Assembly (NCBI GenBank): GCA_003344405.1
Contig: NOWV01000161.1
Location: 62,001-126,000 of the forward strand
Direction: 5' to 3'
Source: Trichoplax sp. H2
Taxonomy: Eukaryota
DNA length: 64,000 nt
In this document: positions 12,424 to 26,300 of the stretch, in pieces
Layout of the letters: each line of letters opens with the position of its first letter
Numbering within the stretch: position 1 is the first letter of the stretch
Position numbers and translations under genes: made by a program
Notes under the pieces: model-generated
Database searches by the model: none
What the model was told of the DNA's origin: nothing
Seen by the model: the letters and a program-made list of their open reading frames with translations, nothing else

Positions 12424-14243
12424 AAAAATGTAAACTGACCGATATTTCAAACGGACTCCATCAATAAGTTATAGACAAAACCCAAAATTGACTAATATAC
12501 AAATGAAACATCGCTTATCCTCATAATGCTCTTATCTAAGTGATTAAGCCCATCGGGTAGAATGGTGAGTTTGCAAACATAAAAGAAAAACAATTTGTCT
12601 CCATCTGTCCAGTGATTGTTAACGCACGGGCTACTAAAGCAAGAATAAAAACATTTTTCTGGTGTACTTTTCCATCCACCGCAACATTGAGATGATTGCA
12701 TATAATATTTTATAGCGATACAACTATCATATCCAAAAACGACCAAAAATAAGTACTTCTAGTAGTCTAATGGAATATACAGCAAACTAACCCTTAATAA
12801 CCCCATAAACTAGCAGTAGAATAGTTTTAGTAGACCATCCATTTTATTATAAGTGAAAGTATCAAGAAAGCCACACCCAGCACTTGGAATCTCCTCTAGT
12901 CATGCGCATTACCGCTTCATCGTCTCCATGCCTCCCAACGTAAACACCTTCTCCAAATTCAAATTTCCATACCATAACCACTCTAGTTGCGAAATCATCG
13001 TTAGTGCTTAGAGTAAGAAGCTATAGTTAGGCCGAACGGACAATCGATTTCGGTAGACAGACAAGAGAACTCAAAATCATTGGACTAATACTTTGTAGTA
13101 AGGGTTAACACCATCGAACATTACTCACACATCACGATCATCGTGGGATCTTTGGATATTCTTCGTGAAATCCTTCATCAATCAAAACAGGTAGAAACAC
13201 ATAAAATTTAAATATCGTTCGAATAACTTGAATATTACTACTTGAACCTATCTAGGATCTACAGAAGAGATATTGCTTACAACTATTTTATTCATTTCAA
13301 CAGCCAATAGTTGCTGGAACGCGTTGTAATACCCTTTCTAAAATTATTGGTTGATGTTAATGAACACAAATTCCAGCGTTCGTTCACCTTAGACTAGTAT
13401 TCCCAGAAAATTATAGGCCATGCTCAAGTGACCATGATAATTATATCGTGTAAACTAGTTCATTGAATACCATCGGTAGTGTAAATATTCCATCATTAAC
13501 TTTATCAATGATATAATCAAGTTTTAGCATTTTATACTGAACGGCGAGTACCAGTATACTATCAATAATACATATCTATATGACGATGATCACAGTTGAG
13601 TATATGAATTTTTTACTGAAAACATGATAAAATTGCATCAATAACTTCGATATAGCATCAATTGGATAGTTTTATAATTTGCAAATCTAATAACACCCGC
13701 TGATATGATCATGATGGTTAATACAGCTGTAAGTAGCAATTGCTTACCGAAATAATATCAATCGGACGCGTAATTTTATCTTTATGCTTTACAATTAATA
13801 TTTTTATTGCTTAAACATCGAAAGGAAGAATTTATGATTTACCATATCATATAAAGCATACTTATAAGATATTTAGTATAGTTGTACATGCTAGTCACTA
13901 ACTGGAAAGACGTTCACTACATCCTCATCCCGATACGCTTAAATTTAATATCACCGGTAATTTAAAAATTAAATGATAAAATCGGAAATTGAATTACTAT
14001 CTAGGATTGAAGTTTTATCAATTCACCATTCCTTGAAGCTACATCAAACCATATCATTTTAATCTAGAGAAATAACAACTAGCCATGAGTAGAACAAAGT
14101 TGACCTTACATGAACTTTAAAATTAGTTTGATTACTGTACTTGAACTGATAACGTGAATTACTAAACATTATAATGGATCTATCTTAATGGTACAATTTT
14201 AAGATCATCTTCAATTTCCTTCTCTTCCTATATTATATCAGCC

Positions 14244-17200
14244 ATGTCTAAAGCACAAGCTGAAAGCGTTATTAAAAATATCATTCGAGAGATTGCTCAA
14301 GAATGTGCAACCCAAGGCCAAGCCGTGTCAGAAACCTTGGTAGCTTTTATCGTAAGTTTTAATCGAAAACCTATCAACCCTGTATCATTTTGTAATTAAC
14401 TTACTTGACTGAAAATATAATTCAACTCTTAAAATTGTCTAAACAAGAAATATAATGTTTAGCCGCTAAATATATATCCTCCTGCAGTGTAAAATAACTT
14501 AAAATAGCATGAAATAGTCGTCACTGATTAGTAAAAATCTAGTTTCTCGTATTCTATGGTAATTTATGACTAAAGCTTACTATTCCACTAATTTCAATGT
14601 CAGTACCTCCTTTTCATTTATTGCTAGAGGTGATAAATGAACAATTATTAATACAATACAGGATCGATGCTCATCAAACATCGCTATATCTAAACAAACT
14701 AAACAGATGATATTTATTTCGCATCAAAATATACTCATCACGTAGTAGTGAGCATTAATAACACTCAAATATGTAATTCTTCTCCACTCATCGCAGTTTG
14801 TCAAGATCTATACAGAACTAATTTCAAAAGCTAAAAAACAGATGTATCACCAACTTCTGATACAATAAAATTAATTAACCTGATATAATTTATTTCTCAT
14901 CCTAACCTACTATTAAGGACTGGCAATTATCTTAACATTCGAGAGCTTTTTTCAAATATTACGTCTCGATTACGATTGTAGACAGTACGGCAGATTAACG
15001 CTAAATTTCATCAACATCATTCATGTATGCTTATAAGATCAACCAACTTAATAAAGAACTAAGTATTTTAATTATAATTAGCTAATTTTATTATTAATTT
15101 TTTTATGCAGCAAGGTTTATATAATGTTAAGATGATTTAAAGATACTCAACTCAAGGTTTATCTTGTACTAGGATGTATTACTTATGCATCCATCAACTA
15201 ATTGACAAATACGAAATCTTTTCGCGACATGTGTAATCTTATACCATACAATCGCATCGTTTCGAAATAAATTTCTAAATAAACCTAAATACCCAGCCAT
15301 CTCTTGTGAATGAATACCTTTAATATAATAATAATTTAGAAAATAATTTTACTGCACTTGAACCCTACCTCATATCCTAAAGCTAGTATAATCCACCAGA
15401 AGAGAAAGCAATGCTAAATTCTAATGTTACAGTAATTCCTAGATTAAACTGAAATAGACTTTGAATGAGCCATAATTTAATATGTATACCGAGCGAATTC
15501 AAGATTATAATTGTGTGCTATCTTTTCACAGACATTTTATTTAATTATCTGATATAAGACTTATGATACAAATATATACTCCTATAAACATTTCTCTGTA
15601 TATTGATAGAAGATAGTCTTATGAACAACGATTTTGTTATTTGCTTTCAAATGGATATTTCGCAGGTAAAGGCTATTGTTCTCAATCCCGAAAACGATTT
15701 TAATGTTGATCGAGCCTTAACTAGAGATGACGTCGAAAGATTAATTCAGGTTAATTTCAATTAACAAATAATTTTGATCTCGTATATAAATGATGTGAAT
15801 TTTCTACTGTCAACTCATTTGATATCGTAATCTTTTATTCAAAATTATAAAATAGAAATGCGTGGAAACTTTATTAGACAATGAATCTCCATCGTTAGAC
15901 ACCATTAAAATGCAGGTTTATTTCGATATGAATTATACAGGCAGAGGTAAATACAATTTGATTTATTACAGACTTTAGAAAGATGATTTTATTAATGATT
16001 ACATGTTGTAAGGAAGTGATAGTAGTACCTATTAACTGCTAGAAATCAGCTAATAGGTGTAATATCGTAATTACTGTATAAGGTCATATAGAGTAAAGAA
16101 ATCGTAATTTTGATAGCATTTTCGTTGATTTTCCATCTATATAACTTTAGCGACTACGTTTAGCGGAATGATAGTTTAATGCAATTGACCAAAAACGAAA
16201 TAAATGATTTTGTACATAATGGTAATCTAAGTCAATATCCTTGACTCATCCATCCAGGAGTACATGTATTATAAAACAATTAGTTTAGCAATTCGTAAAA
16301 GTGGGAGCTCTTATACTCGCTAAGATTAATGCTATCCTGCATCTAGTTACCTTATCCCATTCGCCTACAATTTCTACGTAGCCATTATAAAGCATGACTT
16401 GAGGATGGACCCATTATGATTGTTTACTATATTACTATTCTTAATAATCTTATATTTTCGTTTCTCTTGAATCATATTAATAAATACTAACTCAAAGCAC
16501 ACATTCAATAATTCTATTTTTGCCTAATATAATATAGAGGAGTTCTTAACAGAACACAAACGTGTACTGGATAATCGCCTAGATATAGTACTACGAGAAA
16601 TAACTGACAGTCGCGCCAGAACGAAAGAAGAGTTAGAAGGTAACATACTTTTAAAAACAAATATTTTGTTATTACCGATAGTAAGAAAGTTGTTAATAAA
16701 GCTATTAAACGGTCATATCTCAATATGCACAGGCTTAAAACACCTTTAATGATAAAGTACCTTGTATAAATAGTATTTTATAATAAATTTCAAACTTTAT
16801 TTGATGCATTAATTACGGATATTGGTAATAGAATTACGTAAATAAAAGTAACACATCTTTCAGTTCGCAACTATGTTAGTATTATAGCAATTTTTTTACA
16901 TTATTTAAATCCTTACAGCATTTCCTCATTCAATCATTTATTTCAGCATTATACAGGAAAATGGTGTCTTTCATTATCCTAAAATCAGGCCTTGGTTCTC
17001 CAACGGATATTAATGTTGTTCGTGAAGCAACAGCAGCCTTACAAAGTATTTTTCCACAGACTGAACTCGGCCCATTCTTAGCAATGGTTAAGAAAGATAA
17101 AGAAAGACAATTACAAGAGTTGATATTAATTGTAACCGGTATTCGTTTATTTAACAAAGACTGTGGTAAAGGAGGAGAAGGAATTGACGATTGTAAGTTT

Positions 17201-20200
17201 CCTCTCATTTACACGCTCTAAAGCTATTCGCATTACAGATCACCTATATTCAAAATCGCGATTTTCTATTCACCATCGCAAATTGCTATTTAATATTTAA
17301 AATATAATTCGCAGCCATGACCTTTTCAAATTTCTATTTCTAACCCGATGGTGTTGCTAAATATTGCTTTTTCTGACTAGTGCCATCACTACTTAGCGAA
17401 GCGATTCCAGAAACCTTAAATAACATCGATCAAAATTTAGGCGCTATACGCCAAATGGCTTATAAATATACTGGTTAGTAGCAATATTAGTTTATAAACA
17501 GAAACGGACTTGAAGTTTACATTAACACATTTTAATCTATCCTAATTTATACTAAATGCCTCATAATTTTATCGCTATATATGTATATAATCATATCAAT
17601 TAAACCAACATGATTTCTATATTCTATCCATTTTGAAGTCGATAATAACCAATTATTTTCCTTCTGAATTAATAGCAATACTAAATAAGTATCAAGACCC
17701 ACATAATCGTAACGAGTCCGTGCCTAATTTTTCACTAATCAAAGATTCCTTGGTTAATAGTCGTCAGCATGAGGGGTTCTTGCAGATATTACTGGTAAGA
17801 TAGAAATAAAAGCATAGGATTTAAGGCAATAGCAACTCCACCAGCGAATAAACATATCATATTCAACCTGATGGACTATAGCACGCAATTTAATCATTAT
17901 CCATGCAATGCGTAACAATTTAGGATGATGCTCATAAATGTAATGATCACAGCAAATCTGTAGAAATTGAACTAAAAGATCGATTAAATGGCTTAAGAAC
18001 GATTGTTCAATCCAAGACTGCAGTACCTACTGCTCAAGTTTATGTAAGTACCATTAACAGAAAACAAGTTATGACGATAATTAATCATTATGAGCTCATT
18101 CCATAAAATTTATACTCATACCCTAATACAGTAATTAAGCACTCGATATTTGACATTTGAAATACACTATTACGTTATAGTATTTCAAAGTTATATATAT
18201 ATAAATATAGTTGATCATCTACTAAAGAAATGTGGATAATACGCCGTTAATAGTACATGATAATGATATAGAGTCAGTAGTAATCTTTCTGTGATAATTT
18301 TAAGGCTTCTTTGATAAATAGCGATTTCTTTAGCTACAGTAACGTTGAATAAATGAAAATTATAGCATGTACCGATATCAAATGATAATGCAGATGCTCT
18401 ATTCTATTTCAACAGCCTCAGTTTATTCGAGTAGCCCAACTTTGGAGAGGATTACAAGATGAATTAGTACTCCTCAGTGTGTTGAATAATATCCTCTATA
18501 GTTTGGAGCCATTTGCCAGGGTAATCTTATTCTGTCATTTCAAAATTGTAAATTACATATTTCATCGGAGTAAATCATTTTTCTTCAATTAATACGATTA
18601 CATACTGCTCCAGCTATTTCAATTTTAGTACATGTTCAATCTAATGTTTTGCAGCTTAAATATTTTACTTTTAAACTGCAGTATACGTAATTTAATAGCC
18701 TAAAATTTAAATAACTGGAACTTTAATTCGTAGCTGTATTGACTTCAATACGCTATTTATTTAAATCCTGCTTAGTTGCACTTCTATCTATTAGCAATCG
18801 AGAAAATCATGTTTTACACATGACAAATTTTATCAATATCATTTAGCCATGTTATATTTAACAAAAACTAGTTGAGAAGGCATAAATCTTAGTATATCCT
18901 TATTTAACTATTATTTAGCTCCATCAAGAGATATTTACCGACGAAGTATTGGAGCCATACTTGGAATATGCTAATATTTTATCTGATGAAGAAAGAGTAC
19001 AATATGTTAGTAGAAATAGACATCGACGCATAACTACCATAAAATTTAAGAAATCTTTAATGTCTTTAATAAATTGAATGAAGAATTAATATCTTAATAT
19101 ACAACGCTAGAATACCGATCCAAAAAACCGTTTCAGCACCCTGTTATTTCCGAAAACAGATGTCCTCTTTCCTGAAACGACTAAAAATTTCGACAGCCTA
19201 CCAATCCAATATAAGGCAAGAAATGCTTAAGTATCCTTATGAATGATCAGCACAATAATGAAATACTAGCATACGAGTATAATTTCAATTCAATCTCAAT
19301 ATATAGGGTTTTTGCGCTTATACTTGCGCTATTGAAGATCGATTTCTCTTGCCTGGAGATCCAAATATTGGTATTATTCGCTATAAAGGTCACAATTTTG
19401 CATTTTCATCACAAGAAGCCGCACATGAATTCGCTTCCGATCCTGATAAGTATGTTACTGAAAGCATCCTTCTCACTCATTTCCTATATGTAATTTAGCC
19501 TAGATCTGTTTACTGTTATTGTATTGAAGCCTTACAAAGCATGTTTATTGAATGCAACTTATTTCATGTTTAACTTAATTACTGGTGTCCGGTAATATAA
19601 ATAGGCATCTTGAATATACTATGAAACAGTACTTAAAGATAGTAATGTTATTGTACGAAATATACCTGTTATCGAGTAATATAAATGGCATCTTAAATAT
19701 ACTATGAAACAGTACTTAAAGATAGTGATGTTATTGTACGAAATGTACCTGTTATCGATTAATATTGCAGTACTTACTTTTTATTGAATTCCAAAACCGC
19801 TAGTTATATTAACATGGCAACTGAAAATGCAAAATTTCATCCTGAATTAATACAACTACTGGAGCTTCATAAACAATTTGCGACCATTAGCCCATATGGC
19901 AGAGTATGCAATAAACGCTTTAGTACTTCGTATCTATTCCTATCTATGATTAAATCGAGAGTATTTTATAACCGTATGTATATCATAAAAATTAAAACTG
20001 CTTATTGAAATTTGTAAATAGGCTGCCGATTCAGGTAAAATGGTAGAAGCTCCTGTTACTAAAGCAGATATGGGAACACAAACTGATACGCATATATTAG
20101 AAAGCAATATCGTCAAATCTTACGAATGGAATGAGTGGGAACTCCGACGAAAAGCTTTAAAATTGGTCAGTATTTTTCGATATTTTAATAATAGCTAAAT

Positions 20201-20625
20201 ACAACTTCATTTTTACTCATATCGTTATTCCTCCTTTAATCAAGCGAATTCTCGGGTAATTATAAGGCAAAATATTAAAAATATATTACAATAATTTCTT
20301 ACAACTTAGGCTAATTTAAGAACTAAAGTAACCCATTCGGCACAAACTAATCTCAGCCACTTCCGGCGTGATAACATATCACAAGTTTATCTGCCAAAGT
20401 AAGTCTTGAAACGATTTCCTGATTATAACTTTTAACTAAACTAACTTGAAATCATTCCTTTATATCTATACTTATAACAGAGAAAACAAAACGCAAACGA
20501 AAAAAGATTCCTATAGCAAGGTTCCTAAGCCATCACGCTATATTTCTGGCTTACGAGGCTGTTCATCAGAAGATACAGTCATGCAAACAGTCGATTTGAC
20601 TGTAACTGTTGAAGAAGATTTGTAA
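14244..20625 (+). CDS. CFAP206: Cilia- and flagella-associated protein 206, ~16 coding exons
   Basis: Exons encode MSKAQAESVIKNIIREIAQEC...SETLVAFI VKAIVL, PSLDTIKMQVYFDMNY, LKSGLGSPTDINVVREATAALQSIFPQTEL, GIRLFNKDCGKGGEGIDD, QYKGFCAYT, PELIQLLELHKQF, TQTDTHILESNIVKSYEWNEWELRRKALKLANL and end VDLTVTVEEDL*. An AG just before the ATG suggests an upstream non-coding exon. Confidence 0.95.
19216..19306 (+). other. Non-canonical GC-AG intron in CFAP206
   Basis: AAG|GCAAGA...ATATAG|GGT joins LPIQYK to GFCAYT in frame. Read-through hits TAA after four codons and no GT is available before it. Confidence 0.8.
19592..19760. repeat. Recent ~84-bp tandem duplication in a CFAP206 intron
   Basis: Two near-identical copies of GTAATATAAAT(A)GGCATCTT.AATATACTATGAAACAGTACTTAAAGATAGT.ATGTTATTGTACGAAAT.TACCTGTTATCGA. 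Confidence 0.9.
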
Positions 20626-23367
20626 TAACTGTAAAATTATAGATTATAGATAGTAATTTCGTAGACGTATCAAGGTAATTTAAAATTATAATGATAAGTA
20701 TAGCAATAACGGATTCAAATCAGTCAAGTATCATTGTAAAATAAATTTCTATGCTATTAGCAATCCATTCCTCTAAGTTCAATATCTATGTTATGTCTAT
20801 GTAGTTAAAAGTATTACAATGATAACAATCATATCGGATTCAAAATAGTAAAATCATAGACATAAAATATGCGAAATTGCTACCTATTTTGCAAAGTAAA
20901 TCGGTAATCAATGATGACATTTTTATCATATCCTTTCGCACGTAACTGTATTCCATCGATTATCAATAATGACTTATTTAAACAATTTATGAAGTCATAA
21001 ATATTGCAGAGTCAATATTCGCTATCAAGCCCTTTTAGGACTCATAGCATAGATAATGGAGTAGTTTCATTACTCTATTTTGACTGAAATGATGACAATA
21101 TTAATCTTCATACTGTTGAATCTAGACTCTACATGTCATGGTAACAAATCTTAATTAAGAAATATATGAAATCGTTTGTTATTTTTTTTGTATAGCTACC
21201 GAATCAAAATTTTCTACCCTTTTATAAGTAATTGTGCTAACCACTTCATTAAATTGTACTGCAATATTGGAAAATTTTTATTAACGTAAATTATTATCAT
21301 TAGAGCAGTGTAAAGACTGTATTATAAAATATCATTTATTATGTGCAATAAGCTTATTAAATAAAAACGCGATATTGGACTCTACCGATGACTATTTTAT
21401 CTTTTCCAATAAGCAAATTATCCTGTTCTTGATTGTAGTGAACCGTTAGACTAGATAACTGCTATGTATTTGTAGGATATTGAGCTACTTTCTAGCAGAA
21501 GAATGAACTCCATGCTAGCGTCAATTATTCATCAAGTCATTTCATTCATTTTATCGGTTAAATTGCCAACAAATTTTGATACCAATATTCATCTATGATA
21601 CTTTATATTTTCTACATTCTTCTTCTGTAATGAAGAGCATACCACTAAAATATAGTATATTTCAGCTATCTTTCAGTATAATAAAATTCTAGAGTCAATC
21701 TAACGTTCAAATACCGTCAAAACTACAAAAGTAATTCGTGATCAAAATCTTTGCCTAAAATATAACTGTTTTTACTCAGTTATTCCTTATCTAGCGTCTA
21801 CCTATCTCGATCTAGAATGAACAGCTTAGAATAGCTCTATAGCAGACTTTCCTTCTTCAATATTGTCACAGCTACATCTTCACTATGTTAAATTTAATGC
21901 ATCTGAAGGTATAAATCAACCTTAACTGTATACATGTACTGTAAGTGTGATGGTATCGAATTTAGCACTTCTAAAGGCATTGCTCAATCGGGAATGTGCC
22001 GTACAAATTACTCTCGCATATTCCAAAATAACACCAATGCTGGGGATAGATTAGGTCAAGAATAGAATAGAATTAAATTGAAACAGCTGTTATAATAACT
22101 GTTCAAATTAGATTGTTATCAGAAAGAATTTCAGGTACAATGACTACCTGAAGAATTCATCAGATCTGAAAAAAATTTATCTGCTTGAACTACTTGATAA
22201 ATTCTGGTTAGTTTTATCTCCTAGGATTACTATAAGCCTACATTTAACTTGAATTAAGCTAAAAGAAGATTCTGCACACTAATGGTTTGCATATAATGGA
22301 TAACCAGGAAACTGTTTGAGCCAGCAATTACAAAATTACCTGAAATTAATCACATTTTTAAGGTCTTTGAATATCTTTATTCTTCTTCGAGCCTAATAGT
22401 AATTATTTAGCGTACTATCAATTCCCGAAATACTTCAATCTAAAAGTGCAAAATTTATTATAGCTACAATACGATAAGTCGACCTAACAAATCGATTTAG
22501 TCTACACTTACAGTAATAAATAACAGCATTTTCAGCAAATATGTATATATATTGCTTTGTCGTGATATTACTTCGTCGAGAAGTTAAATTTCATTAAATC
22601 TAGATTTATCTTCGCAACAGTGATGAAAATACTCACTCTAATTAAAAACTAGCTTTGATAACCTTAGTATTTATGATTTCTTTAGTGATGCTATACTCTA
22701 GCATTGCATTTAGTTGTGAACTTTGTTAATAAGAATAGCCTAATTATATCTAAATATGAATAGTATTACTTCTTAACACTTTTTTAACCAGCATTGAATA
22801 TACGATATTGCAATTACAGGTAATTCTACCTTAAGATAATCAGTAAAAAAAACTATGAAATAACTTTTCAATCTTGGTGACTTAAACTAATAGTCAATAG
22901 AATAAATCTAAATTATTTAAACGTGATTCGATAATTTCAATATTTGTAGGTAGCCTATTATATCTATCTATTCTACAAATTATGCCTGAACAAGGAGAGT
23001 ATCACGGAGGACGTTCATCTTGAAATTATGAATGTATAAATCAATTATTTTCTTTGATCTAATGATGGATGTGAATTAAATCTCGAAGATTTTTATAACA
23101 TTAACTAGATTAGCCAGCTTTTAAGTTATGTTAACTATACTATAACTCCAATTCCATCAAATAAATCAAAAATATTATAAGCAGCATCCATAGACGAGAA
23201 TTAAAAGAATTTTAGCGTGTTACTAAAACAGATATCTTATCTTATAAAGTACTAATTTGCTTAACTAAGAATTATTTAAAGATGTTTTAAGCTAAACTAA
23301 GATTGATTTTTAACAGTCATAAAATTAGTAAGCAAACATATCTAAAAGTAGCCCAGCAGCATAGAAC

Positions 23368-26300
23368 TTAGATATGCATTTGTGATGGCGCTTGCTGCAT
23401 AACCTGAGCCGGCTGAGATGGAGCTTGTTGCTGCATAACTTGAACTGGTTGAGGAGTAGCATGTTGGCGCAAAACTTGCACTGGTTGAGGTGTGGTTTGC
23501 TGTTGCATAATTCGAACTGGTTGAGGTCTGGTTTGCTGTTGCATAATTCGAACCGGTTGAGGTGTTGTCTGCTGTCTTGGTTGCATAACTTGAGTTACTG
23601 GTGATAGCATCTGAGCGGGATTGCTACCTGTTGTAGCAATATATTGCGATTGCTGAGCGGGAATAACACCTTCTTGAACAGCTTGCTGTGGAGAAGCAAT
23701 AACGGTTCTAACGGGTTGGCCTTGAGGATAGCGATTAAATTGTGCTGGAGAATTGCGTTGAACCTGTTGCATAATACGTGGTTGAGCCTGAGCTGATGGA
23801 TTAATCGGCCTTGTAACTACCGAATAGGTTGGAGGAGGGTGCTGTTGAGCAGTTGATTGCTGATAGACTGGCGTTCCGATTGGAGTTACAGGCATTTGAC
23901 GGACAGGGCGTATAGCTGGTGAACTACCAGTTCTAACAGGTTGGACTATACGTCTTGGTGGTGAAGATGTTGCTACAACAGATTGCTGTTGGCTCTGATT
24001 TTGTTGGACAATCGGTGATGGACGCATCGTTATTGTCGATGGATGTGGATTTTGAGGTTGGATATAACGTATACTTGATTGTTGAACCGGTTTATGCGGA
24101 ACTGATGGTGGAACATATTCAATGATCTGATGATGATCAGCATAGTCTTCAGACTCATGATTGACTTCTTTTGGAACTACTGCAACTGGTTTTGGAAGAT
24201 CATCATGCTTCGATCTGAGTCTTTCATCAGGAGCTTCAACGTCCACTACATTGGATGGTGTCGGTAATCCTACTGTTAATACATAACGATAAAAAGGATA
24301 AGGATATAGTCTTAGTCTCAATTACTAGAAATCAGCTAATAAGCATCGAATCAATCTCTTGAATAGAAATATAATGCAACACTATGATAATCCTAAACAC
24401 ACCTTTATTCAATTTCCTAGGTGATATTTGATCCGGAGCAGTCTGAGGTCTAGAATCATCAGCTACAACCGCTGCACCTGCTACCACAGCGCTATCATCA
24501 GCTGCCTGAAGCAGACTGGAACTTGACTTTTTTTTCTTATTTCGTCTTTTCCTTTTCTTCTTCGATACCGATTTCGAAGCCACATCGCTATCAACAGTCT
24601 TAGTGACATCATTGCTTTGTTTAGCAGTTACATCCTCTTCAGTTTTGTTTTCTTCAAACTTAACTTTCTTTTCTACATCTTCAACATCATCCTTTTCGTC
24701 TTCATCTGCCAACTCTAATTTACTTTTAACAACACCAACTTGAGTATGATTGGAATCTTCATGTTCCTGCTTCAACTCGATTTCTTTAGGTTGATCATGA
24801 TATTCAGCAGCCCCTTCAACTGTTACAACTTCAGTTGCAACTTCTAACGCTTTGGGCTCTTCAACATCATTCTTGGCTTCTTCTGCTTTCGATTTTACCT
24901 CATTTAATTCGACAAATTCAGCTTGATCATCTTTTTCTGGAGGTGCATTATTCCTAAATGGTAAGTATAATAAATGAAAGTCAATTCATTCCTTGGTAAT
25001 TGGCAATCATTATCCAATATCATTAAGATATTGCCTCTACTAGTGATAAGATATTAAGCTATTGAGAGTATCGACTCATCAAACAAATGCCTACGTATAA
25101 GCAGTAGTTTTTTATATTTTGATTAAAAATAGATGGAAGAAAATGGCTATAGATGGTAAGAAATACTCAAGGCAGGATACATATGCCTGTAGGACTAAGC
25201 TAAAATTTTTTATCATATGTCAAAATAATCCTTGATTAATAGTAACACGAACTTAGGATTTTAAACTACTTACAGGCCTTCTTCGATATCCCGACTGGAT
25301 GATTTCTCTTCAATTAAACTATTTTAAAAATGAATAAGAGAATTAGATGGACAGAAATGGATAGAAATCATTTTGCTATGATAAACAACTCCGGTTGTAC
25401 CACGCTATCTCAACTTAAGATTGAAATTGAAATTCGAACTAGAGGAAATAATTTACGCAAGGTATTAAATTAATTATTCAATGATAGTTAAAAATAATTA
25501 TCAAGACAAACTTACTGTTTTTTGATATCTTCATTTGATGGTGCAACTTGTGATTTTTTCCTACAAAAATGAGATGGAAAATAGATAATTACATTCTAAG
25601 ATCAACCATTTCCATACTCAGATCATGGTTAAGATTAAGCGTGTATAGAGGTAGGAATAATCGATTCTTGAAACTTCATAACAAAAACTACAGTAAATTA
25701 CGTGTATAAAAGAAACTTACGCAACAGTGTGGTGATCAGCGTATTCATACTTCATGATTCGTAAAAATTTAGCGAATTTAATAGCCATGATAATGACTGG
25801 GATGAAGAAAAATTCGGAAATCCCAATAGAAAACCAATAGCTATTCTAAAATTGAATAAATAGGATCTATTATATATGAGGCAATCGATATTGGAGCAGT
25901 ATGTTAAGATGAAGCAAGAAGATATGTTTGAAAGCTAACTTACGAATCCATCTAATAATCGATGGCAACCCAATGTTGTAAGGCCATTCCATGCATTTCC
26001 AAGTAAACCGGTAGGACTAGCTACATTTACCAACTGTATAAGAGGAAGAGAAAAAGGTACAAGGTAAAGCATGATGCTGATAAAGGATGCAATCTTGATG
26101 ACAATATTAACTACTGCTATTAACGAAGAATATAGCTATCATTAATTTCATCATCTATCTATCCAAAGTGAGGTAATGACATAAGTCTGAAGATAGCTAG
26201 GAGGGAATTCTGTTTTTAAACTTCATGGACTACTGCCTTCTAAACGTATTGGATTGCATTAATATCTCTAGTCATGGACGATTATATTAATTCATCGGTA

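Noticed and set aside
12920-12980. RFX X-box in the putative CFAP206 promoter
   Set aside because: Only half-sites (GTCTCCATG, TTTCCATA) are present, with no complete dyad.
22126-22158. Small hairpin TTCAGGTA-N7-TACCTGAA between CFAP206 and prominin A
   Set aside because: A short stem like this is expected by chance in 64 kb, and there are no ncRNA hallmarks.
23368-24775. ORFs 23368-24321 and 24332-24775 as stand-alone genes
   Set aside because: They are bounded by in-phase splice sites that join them to prominin A, so they are treated as its terminal exons.
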